Shown here piece after piece: positions 44,193-53,433 of a DNA stretch of 53,433 nt. Position 1 is the first letter of the stretch. Every line of letters begins with the position of its first letter. The translations under genes were made by a program, and so were the position numbers. The notes below the pieces were generated by a model. That model did no database searches and had not been told where the DNA came from. It was given only the letters and a program-made list of their open reading frames with translations. The DNA comes from Basidiobolus meristosporus CBS 931.73 (Eukaryota; Fungi; Basidiobolomycota): assembly GCA_002104905.1 (NCBI GenBank), contig MCFE01000608.1:1-53433 (forward strand), written 5' to 3'.

Positions 44193-45932
44193 ATGAAGAA
44201 GGAAGAGAATTTCGTATCTGGAATAGACGACAAGGACTATATCTCCACAGAGCCAGCTGCGCACTCAGATTCGCATGATAGCAACTTGAAATGGTACATG
44301 CAAAACCTTTGCACTAGGCAAGGCTGGATAGGCGAATATGATTTTGGCTTTCTATGTTTGCCCAATCTACCAGGATTCAAGAAACAAGAAGCAGCAAAAT
44401 TCATCGGGATCAAGGACCGCTTGCCACTTGCAGTCGCACTAATCATGGGCTTCCAGCATTGCCTGGCCATGTTGGCAGGAGTAGTTACGCCTCCGCTCAT
44501 TCTCTCGGGGCCCGGACCTCAACACATGAACCTTGACACCGAGTATCGCTCCTATCTCATCTCCGCCTCCCTGATTACCTGCGGCCTATTGTCCATGATC
44601 CAAATGACCCGGTGGAGAATCCCAGGGACTCGTTACTACATGGGGACTGGGCTTATCACCGTGGTTGGTACCTCGTTCACCATCATGCCCGTGGCCGAAT
44701 CATCCTTTGCGTACATGTATCAGTCTGGCTTCTGTCCATCGGTGAAAGATGACGCCGGCTTGATTACTCAGTACCTTCCTTGTCCTCAGGCTTATGGCGC
44801 GCTGCTAGGCACCACGATGACTTGTTCGGTGCTGATGATCCTCATCTCCTTCGTGCCTGCCAAAGTGCTCCATAAACTATTTCCTCCACTAGTCACTGGA
44901 ATCACTGTGACTCTGATTGGTGCGCATTTGGTGGGCTCGGGGTTGAAGAACTGGGGCGGCGGCAGTGGGCCTTGCATTAGTCATCCAACCAGCGGAACCT
45001 TCATGCGCTGTCCCAACGTGGATGCTCCCAACGCACTGCCCTGGGGCCACATCAAATACATGGGCCTCGGTTTCCTGGTGTTCATCTGCATCATTCTCTT
45101 CGATATCTTTGGCTCCCATTTCATGCGCTCCGCCGAGGTTGTTCTCGGATTGATCGTGGGGCTCATCGTCGCTTGGTCTACTGGCTATGTAAACAACCAG
45201 GTGATAAACGACGCACCAGTCGTGACTTTCCTCTGGGTCAAGACATTCCCATTGGATATCTACACCCCGGCGATCATACCAATGTTAGTGATTTACATGC
45301 TGATTGCTGTCGAGTCCATCGGCACCATCACTGCATGCTGTGATGTCTCTGGTGTGGAGGTGTCAGGGCCAGTATTTGAGACGCGTATTCAGGGTGGAGT
45401 GTTGGCTGACGGAATCAACAGCCTCCTCGCAGGTGCCTTTACCAACCCACCCATGTCAACCTTTGCCCAGAACAATGGTATTGTGGCGTTGACTCGATGT
45501 GCCAACCTTACCACTGGCTACGCATGCTGCTTCTTCCTTGTTTTCCTGGGGGTTTTCTCGAAGCTGGCCTCGGTTTTCCTCGCCATCCCCGAATCAGTCC
45601 TCGGTGGGATGACCACCTTCCTGTTTGCCAACGTGCTAGTCTCCGGCATTCGAATTCTCTCCTACCTCAAATGGACCCGTCGTGACCGCTTTATCGCCGC
45701 CGCCTCCATGACCCTTGGAATGGGTACCACCATCAAGGACGATTGGTTCTCCTACGCGCTCAGCTCTTACAAGGGATCCAACACCACAGTCAACGGATTG
45801 ATCATCTCAGCAGAGATGATTGTGAACTCGGGGTTTACCATTGCCGCGCTCATCGCCATTATCCTGAATCTTGTGATGCCTAGGGAACCGGAAGATCTTG
45901 AAAATGAGGAAAACGATGGCCATCCAGTATAA
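44193..45932 (+). CDS. Uric acid/xanthine permease, NAT/NCS2 family (UapA/UapC-like), 579 aa
   Basis: QH motif in TMS1 (GFQHCLAM); NAT signature FAQNNGIVALTRC; multiple TM helices; TATAAAA ~60 bp upstream. Confidence 0.95.
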   Translation: MKKEENFVSGIDDKDYISTEPAAHSDSHDSNLKWYMQNLCTRQGWIGEYDFGFLCLPNLPGFKKQEAAKFIGIKDRLPLAVALIMGFQHCLAMLAGVVTPPLILSGPGPQHMNLDTEYRSYLISASLITCGLLSMIQMTRWRIPGTRYYMGTGLITVVGTSFTIMPVAESSFAYMYQSGFCPSVKDDAGLITQYLPCPQAYGALLGTTMTCSVLMILISFVPAKVLHKLFPPLVTGITVTLIGAHLVGSGLKNWGGGSGPCISHPTSGTFMRCPNVDAPNALPWGHIKYMGLGFLVFICIILFDIFGSHFMRSAEVVLGLIVGLIVAWSTGYVNNQVINDAPVVTFLWVKTFPLDIYTPAIIPMLVIYMLIAVESIGTITACCDVSGVEVSGPVFETRIQGGVLADGINSLLAGAFTNPPMSTFAQNNGIVALTRCANLTTGYACCFFLVFLGVFSKLASVFLAIPESVLGGMTTFLFANVLVSGIRILSYLKWTRRDRFIAAASMTLGMGTTIKDDWFSYALSSYKGSNTTVNGLIISAEMIVNSGFTIAALIAIILNLVMPREPEDLENEENDGHPV

Positions 45933-46613
45933 GCCAGGGATTCTCCCATTCAAAGGAAACTAATCCAAATAAATCCAATCATTCAGTTAATCAGTGTTCA
46001 TGTAAACGAGTGGGCTAGGCGAATATTGATCAATGCTCATATCAGCGGGTGAATGTATGATGGATGTGAGGATATGACGAAAATGCATTCAGCAAGTAAT
46101 TTAGCACTTTCGGCCCTTCTGTGTAACTGATCCTCTATCCTTGTGCAAACGTGTGGTTGACGGTAGCAACAACTTGACTATCTTGGCATCTCTACTTATC
46201 AACCCGTCTGTTATATCTTAGCGATTGTTGCGTTCGAGGGCAAAATTGCAAACACCATCTCCTGAAACAAACGTTGATACGACCCCTGGTTTGGCTTACA
46301 GCCAAGTTCTTGGTTAATGGATTAGCAGGTAGAGGCTGAATGATCAAACTGCTGCTACCAATTGGTGGTTCAGCCTCAAGTTTATGTCAAGTTGTTTAGA
46401 GTAGACCTTGATATTGTTATTTTCTTGGCAACGGTCGGCCCAATCAAACTCAACCCATGCAATCCTGAACCAGCCGGTTTCCCATAACAATGTATCCCTC
46501 CCCATCTCTGAGAGCGAGCCATTTATAGAATCCACAACCTTACTTGGCACTCTATGAATCAATAAGCTATAAAAGCGTTCACAGTCACTCAATTGATATT
46601 GCACTTCCAGCAA

Positions 46614-49330
46614 ATGCTGACTCCAAGACCTCGAGCAACTTCGTTCACGGCCCAGCTGGGGTTAACACTTAAGCTTAACCTAACGCTTGTATCACGCAAT
46701 ATCTTGAGTGAAATCGCAGGTACCGTGAGCCTCAAGCATTCTTGAAATCGATGTCACCAAACTAACATCTACCAAGCTGTTGTCATACCCACCATATGTG
46801 TGATCTTCGCAGTATTGATCGTAAGTCCTACTTATCCCCAACAGCCACTCGACTGCCCAGACTAACGTTGAGTAGCCGGATTTTCTTCAACTCCAGAATG
46901 GAAATGTGCCTGTTGGGTCGGTCAGTAGGTGAGTGATACCACTCAGGACACAAGAAGATAATGCTAATCTGACTGAACAAGTTGGTCCATGAACATCTCC
47001 TCCACAGTAAATCCCGGATTCGTAGTGGATCAGGGGGTCTCAAAAGATATATGGGACCAGCGCCTGCTTCCCAGCTTCATCCTCCAAAACCCCGCATTAA
47101 CCTTCAGCAACTATAGCTCCATCGCCGATATCATTAAACTTCGAGATTCTGCCGACAAGAAATTCAATAGAGACGCCACCAATAAAATCTCGGAGTTTGG
47201 ACTAGAACTCAACCAGGTGAGCAACAACTCCGACCAACTGGATTTCGGCTACACAGCGTTTTACAGAGGCAACCGTGCCGCATCTCTCCCCTGGCTCATC
47301 TCGAGCGTAGAAGCAGCAATCCAAACAACTTATGGTAGAAGCGTGTCCATGAATAATGTCAGCTTCAAGACGTTGCCGTCTACTGGCTTGGAAGATGCAG
47401 CGATTGTGATGGATATCATCCCAGTCTTTGTTGCTTACGGTAAGTGGGCAGTAAGAGCGATGGATGAATGGTGGTAACTGAGTGAGCATTCTAGCATTGT
47501 CATTTACGCTGCTCTTCTACGTGACCAATATGGTGCGCGAACGCGAACACGGCCAAAAGCAGCTCTTGGCCATGGCAGGATTAGAATCCAGGGCGTACTA
47601 TCTGGCTGCGTTCATCAGGGACTATCTTATTTACCTTCTGCCGACCTCGGTATTTTTGATCATGATGAAGGCCAGATCCACCCCGATGTTCGTGGAATCG
47701 AGCCCCGTCGGCTACGTGCTACTTTTATTTCTGGCCGGGCCACCTTCCATACTCCTGGGCTATTTGCTGTCTTTCGCGTTCTCAAAGAGCCAGTCAGTGG
47801 CCCTGGCGATTGGGTTTATCCTACTGATGATCGTTTTCGTACCCTTCGTGATTATCCACTACGTGTTTAGCGACCGCATCGATCTCTCCACCATCGGTGC
47901 CCTGAGTTTTTTCCTGCCCACCTTTGCTCTTCAACGCGGCCTTACGGTAGGTCTATTGATTTGAAGAGGAGCTTGTGCGCCTGTTAATCCGTCGATTTTA
48001 GGAATTGGCGCTCGGATGGTCGAAGGGGTTTCCCTACTCTGCGTCCATGGTGTTCAACATCCGTAACCCCATCCTTCCTACCTTACTGGCGTTAGTAGCC
48101 AGCACGGCGTTCTACGGAATTCTAGTGACCTGCTTGGAATATACCGTCAGCGCACGAGTATCTCCCCTGAAATCCACCCGCCGATTGTACAACCGAAAGA
48201 GGCATGTGTCAACGGATGGGCCAGAGACGAAGGTGGATATCAAATCCGATTACTCCGATGAAGAGGTGATCAACGAGAAACGGAGAATCCTCGAGAATCG
48301 AGAGGACACCGATGCAATGCGTATCCAAGGGCTAACCAAGGAGTTCCTAGTGCCGTACTCAAATCGACGCAGGCTGGTTATCGACGACTTATGGCTTTCG
48401 TTAAGACGCAACGAATGCCTGGGATACCTGGGGCCGAATGGTGCAGGTAAAACCACCACCATCAAGATGCTAATAGGCGCGGTGTCCCCAACCTCTGGAA
48501 ACGCCACCGTTGAGGGGCATCCAATCGTTCCATACTCCGCCGAGTTGAGGCAGCTTGTGGGAGTCTGCCAGCAGTTTGACATTTTATTCTCAGAACTGAC
48601 TGGTAGGGAGCATCTTCGCCTATTCGCTAGGCTACGCGGGGCAGCAAACATCGAGGAGGCCGTTGAAACGACTATCAACGACATGCGCCTTCAAGAAGTA
48701 GCAGATCAAAAATCCAAAGGCTACAGCGGAGGAAATAAGCGGAGGCTTAGCATCGGCATGGCAGCGATTGGCCACCCGAAGGTCGTATTCTTGGACGAGC
48801 CAACCACCGGAGTGGACGTCCACATCAGGCAGTCGATCTGGAACGCCATCAGGGAATTAAAGAAGAAAACCAGCGTCGTCCTGATCGTATGTATGCTCCC
48901 CTGTCTTTCCTCGTTAACACCAACTGATCGCCTCGTATAGACACACAGCATGGAGGAGGCTGACGCACTCTGCGACCGAATAGGACTCACCGTCAATGGC
49001 CAACTTGCCGCGCTGGGGACACCCCAACGACTGAAAAACGTCTACGGCCGAGGGTACAAGATCAATGTGCGCACCGCGACCACCGACACTGTGGAGTCGG
49101 TGATCCAACAGATATTCCAGCGATTCACCATGAAGTACGAACAGATTAAGCTGATTCGGCGACTAGGCTGCAACCTGGAGTTCGAGGTCGAAGGCAGCAC
49201 CGTGGGAAAGATCTTCCAGGTCCTTCAAGAGCTCAGATCCCCTCTGAACATCATAGATCATGCCGTAGCGCAGACTACGTTGGCCCAAGTGTTTGTCGAG
49301 TTCGCGAAGCAACAGAGGTTGGACCTTTGA
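46614..49330 (+). CDS. Half-size ABCA transporter, ~795 aa, 7 exons (46614-46719, 46777-46820, 46876-46928, 46982-47439, 47495-47946, 48002-48886, 48941-49330)
   Basis: Six GT-AG introns give one 2388-nt frame. ABCA N-terminal F..QL..TLK.N motif; Walker A GPNGAGKTT; signature YSGGNKRRLSI; Walker B VVFLDEPTTG; spliced H-loop THSMEE. Confidence 0.9.
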
Positions 49331-49710
49331 TTCTCGAATATATAAATGTAGTATATGCAAGCATCTCGATCTGGAATATGGTGTTTGGAAATGTCCATAA
49401 TAAATCATTTGACGAATCCATTGAATCCATCGACCCTGGGAATCTGCGTCAACTTTAGGAGTACATATCCCACGGGGTTGGGCATGAATACAAATGACGC
49501 GATTTGACGAGTGGATCAACAAACACCCCGCGAGGCCATATTGGGTGGGATCTGAGGTTAGGTTTATTAAGGGTTCGATTCCGTGAGGTTCGTTTCTAAA
49601 GTGAGTGATGAACATGACAAATGATACAAGGTTTACAACCAAAACTCCGGAATGCGAACATGGGTCACTATGTATAATTATAGGAGAAATCGATGGAGTG
49701 GCGGAATCCA

Positions 49711-50883
49711 TTATTGGGAGGGGACGGCGGCCTCGAGGGCACGCTTGACATCGTTGACAAGGTCCTCGGTGTCCTCGATACCAACAGAGAGGCGGATAAG
49801 AGTGTCGGTGATGCCAAGCTTGGCACGATCTTCGGCGCTGACGGCTCCGTGAGTCATCACCGAGGGAAGCTCAGCGAGAGATTCAACTCCACCCAAAGAT
49901 TCGGCCAAAGTGAACACCTTAAGGGTTTGCAAGAACTTGTTGGAGTTGTCAAGATTGCCCTTGATGCGGAAGCTAACCATACCGCCGAAACCAGCGGTCT
50001 GTTTCTTGGCGAGCTCGTGTTGCTTGTGGGACTTGAGTCCGGGGTAGATCACCTCCTCCACCTTGTCCGAGGCTTCAAGGGCCTTGGCGACAGCCATGGC
50101 GTTCTCGGCATGCTGCTTCATACGAACGTGGAGGGTCTTAAGACCACGGTTGGCAAGGAAACAATCAAAGGGACTGGGGGTAGCACCAATGGCGTTTTGC
50201 AGGAACTTGAGTTTGGTGTAAAGTTCCTCATCCTTGAGCACGGCGACACCGATGACGACATCGGAGTGACCGTTGAGGTACTTGGTACCAGAATGGACCA
50301 CGATGTCAGCACCGAGGGTCAATGGGTTCTGGAAGTAAGGAGACATGAAAGTGTTGTCGACGACCAGGATGGCGCCGGCCTCATGAGCGTACTTGGCGAT
50401 GGCTTCGATGTCGACCAAACGAAGGGTGGGGTTGGTGGGGGTTTCAATCCAGACGAGCTTGGTGTTCTCACGAAGGGCGGATTTGATGTTGTCGGGGTTG
50501 ACAAGATCGACAAAGGTGTGCTCGATGCCGGTGACGGTAGCAACCTTAGTGAAGTATCTGTAGGTTCCACCGTAGACATCGTTGACCAGAACGACATGGG
50601 ACCCAGCGGGGAGAAGATGAGCAATGGTGGCGGTGGTGGCGGAACCGGAGCTGAATGCAAGTCCGAAGTTACCCTTCTCTAAAGCAGCAACAGCTTGCTC
50701 AAATGAATGGCGGGTTGGGTTACCGGCGCGAGAGTACTCGTAGCCAGAGTGGACACCAGCAGCGGACTGAGCGAAGGTGGTGGACAGAGAGATGGGAGGA
50801 ATGACGGCTCCAGTAACGCCATCGGGCTCCTGACCAGTGTGGATAGCCAAGGTGCCAAATCCGGTAAATTCTGAAAGAGTCAT
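49711..50883 (-). CDS. CYS3: Cystathionine gamma-lyase, 390 aa
   Basis: YEYSRAGNPTR, WIETPTNP, VVDNTF, PLP-lysine motif HSGTKYLNGHSD, LAESLGGVESL. Confidence 0.95.
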   Translation of the reverse strand: MTLSEFTGFGTLAIHTGQEPDGVTGAVIPPISLSTTFAQSAAGVHSGYEYSRAGNPTRHSFEQAVAALEKGNFGLAFSSGSATTATIAHLLPAGSHVVLVNDVYGGTYRYFTKVATVTGIEHTFVDLVNPDNIKSALRENTKLVWIETPTNPTLRLVDIEAIAKYAHEAGAILVVDNTFMSPYFQNPLTLGADIVVHSGTKYLNGHSDVVIGVAVLKDEELYTKLKFLQNAIGATPSPFDCFLANRGLKTLHVRMKQHAENAMAVAKALEASDKVEEVIYPGLKSHKQHELAKKQTAGFGGMVSFRIKGNLDNSNKFLQTLKVFTLAESLGGVESLAELPSVMTHGAVSAEDRAKLGITDTLIRLSVGIEDTEDLVNDVKRALEAAVPSQ

Positions 50884-52997
50884 CTTAAGTATATAAAAAG
50901 CAGGAGTGAATGAGGAGATGCCGATGCATCCGTGAGCTATTTATACACCTGGAAGAGAGGAAAAAATCCACCAAATCCGCAAGATGATTTGTCAGATTCG
51001 ACAGATTCAGTTTGGAACATCCGTATGTGTGCAATTGGAATATTTTCTACCTGCGCAGGTCAAATTAAGCAATGGGAAATTTATCAGCGAAATGGTACCA
51101 TACTCCACCAATCAAATCCCCATCGCCCCCTCCAATTGGTAAATGATGCCAAACGGACGAGGGACCATTTCGTAAATGCGGCCGAATCCATCAATGTTTT
51201 GGACGGTTTTCGATCTCATTTCATGATGCTCTCCATTTTGACATCCGTGTCTGAATTAGTAATAAATAATGCCTTGGAGCCTGGGAAATTTCTAGATATA
51301 ATTGTGTGGTGAACCAGCCAATGGAGCTGGTCTATTTTGTCGAAATTCATGCCGATTCCCATGGAGTGGTTTTGGCGAGTGTCCCAAACACAGAGAGCCC
51401 CTGTGGTATTGCAGTGCTCTTAAAGCATATCTGAATCGATGGGTACGAACAGATGATGTATTACAAAGGAGGTAAAGGGGGCCTTTAGCCACAAAGTACA
51501 TCCAAATTGGATTCCGCTTAAGGAGACATTGGCCATTAATAATTTACATCTGCTGCCTGGAGTTGGTCTGCCAAACTGTCCCAATGTTATATTACAAGTC
51601 GTTCTGGCTTCTGAGCGAGCCTCTCCATTCACTCGTGCCATAAGAGTGGGATCTTCACGATTCTCAACCAGCAATGACAGATATTACATCATCGACTCCT
51701 TTTATATAGCCTCAATGCTCCACTGGTATGACCCATGGTAAAAAAAAGGATCTACCTTTTAATCTGATATGTTCACGAAGGCCACTATCAAACTGTCAAC
51801 TTTCGCAGAGTTCATTGAGCGCATATGTACGGAACCGAAAGCTGTTTGGGCTTTTTTATTAAAAAACCACTTCCCAAACGAGAGGGTTGCTATTCGCAGA
51901 GATTCCCCACAGCTAGATGGTGTAAAGGTTGAATAGATGTCCACGACCGATCTAATAGACGCAGAGACTGGTATTTACAATAAGTCCTCGGAAACTCCAC
52001 ACACAACTTCGAACCGCACCTTTAATCCGTCGAAACGGATCCAGGAATTTCCTTAGTACAGGCGGTCGTCCTCTACTGATTGAATGTTTTTTGGCTGTCG
52101 AACTATCGGCATTCGAGGAGTACAAGAAGCGTGTGCTGCTTCTGGAAGATGAGGCCATCCACACTCACAGGGGCAAGTTTCATATTCACCGTCTACATCG
52201 AGGCGGCAATCTCCCAAACGTAGACTCGATCCGAGCAAAGGAAAGTGAGTTTACTGCTAACATGAATGGTACCTTTGAATGGAAAAGGTGATCTAGAACA
52301 GACAAAACCCGGATCAGTGGTCAACCAGCAATCCACTATGCATTAGGGAAGTTTTCAAAGAGAACAATGTTACGTTAGGTGTATCGAAGGCGCGCACCTC
52401 CTCAATCGTCGCTGTAGAAGGATATTGTTCTGTGTGGCACAAGATACCATTCATTCAAGAGCTGGGATTCCAGTATCGATGGATCGGATTATTCCGGAAT
52501 CATGGTTGTGACCCAATCTGGTACGATGGGCTGATTCAATATTAGCTTTGCGTTACTCTTTTGTGTGGGAGAAGATCACCAATGCGATGCAGTTGGCTCT
52601 ACCATCCCACGAGAAGCCCATTGTGGTATGCACAGTGTGGCTGGTATCAGAGCTAATACCTCGATAAACCAACATCGGCAGTTAGGAATAGTAAGCACAC
52701 AATGGGCCTTTTTTCTTTCGGTGTCTCTCATCCCAGTCCCAGGTATGGTTTCCCATGCTGTCTGTTGTACGAACCAATATGGAAATGATGTTCTCAATAC
52801 AGATAATGAAATGAAGGCAGATGGGAATATATCATATAGTTGGTTGCTCATTTGGCTGAAAGCTATTCATTACAGTAAATGCTAAGTATGGTGATGATAG
52901 ACTAATATACAAGAAAAGGTGAGGTTATTTGTGGCGGGGCCAAGGTTAAGAATAGGAGGATGGCCTGGCGAGATTATGATGGTGGCTATGCACAGTT

Positions 52998-53412
52998 CTA
53001 AGCAGGTGGGAGGAAATTACTAAACAAGACGATACCTGTTAGACCGTACGTGATAAAATAAAATAGGACCAAACGAATGGACATCTCATGATGCTTGGGA
53101 TCCTGTACCAGCACATGAGCTGCAAACCAGTAACTGTAGGCATACATGAGAAAAACCGAGTGATGACTTGAATGTGCATGGCCAAAGTGCAATAAGCAAG
53201 CAGTACTCCCCAGAGGTAGATGAATGGTAGGAGAGCATCGGTGTAAAATAGCCCTTCCAGAGCGGCTGTTTTCGGGGGATTAGTGTTGGCGGATATCCGG
53301 CGGATAGGAGAGAGCATCACTGGACGCGCATTCATAGCTTTACGAACGTGCTGATGCTCTTTGGTGGTTTTGACCGGATAGGGGCCCTCGTATCTTTTGC
53401 TAGAGGTTCGAT
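52998..53412 (-). CDS. GPI18: GPI mannosyltransferase II (Gpi18/PIG-V), last exon; the gene continues beyond the window; 1-nt frameshift at ~53132
   Basis: MHIQVITRFFSCMPT, then in the next frame YWFAAH...YGLTGIVLFSNFLPPA*; branch point GCTAAC and an AG acceptor at 53413. Confidence 0.8.
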
Positions 53413-53433
53413 CTGCTCACGGTTAGCGTCTCA

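Noticed and set aside
49693-50682. 329-aa + strand ORF opposite CYS3
   Set aside because: Codon-bias shadow in register with the sense gene; no recognisable domain.
52576-52851. 91-aa minus-strand ORF downstream of GPI18
   Set aside because: No ATG-anchored gene model or motif; equally explained as intergenic or 3' UTR sequence.

Overview
Eukaryotic DNA from a fungus, with short (~53-60 nt) GT-AG introns and a fungal-type cytosolic Hsp70. An early-diverging lineage such as Basidiobolus/Zoopagomycota is my best guess, but that is inference. About 45 kb is a repeat-rich, fast-evolving accessory region, and a conserved gene block sits at the right end. Left end (1-5.8 kb): a head-to-tail array of same-strand, 5'-truncated APE-RT LINE copies and a hairpin-rich non-autonomous unit. 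All share an AATAAA-hairpin-C(n) 3' tail, which ends in TAA in most copies. Next come an intronless HSP70, an intact 4-exon Ubr1-derived gene lacking the UBR box, and an SH3b-GH24 muramidase pseudogene. A segmental duplication (~21-23.5 kb and ~34.6-36.7 kb) carries two secreted-protein genes and a tRNA-Leu(CAG). Piles of LTRs with 4-bp TSDs are stacked 9-10 bp upstream of both tRNA copies. The region also holds a small Cys-rich secreted protein, a Gly/Asn/Tyr repeat protein and two divergent uricase fragments. Right end: a urate/xanthine permease, a half-size ABCA transporter, cystathionine gamma-lyase and the 3' part of GPI18. Old repeats are almost devoid of CpG. A frameshift in GPI18 warns that some single-base indels may be assembly errors. 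No database searches were run, so family calls rest on recognised motifs.
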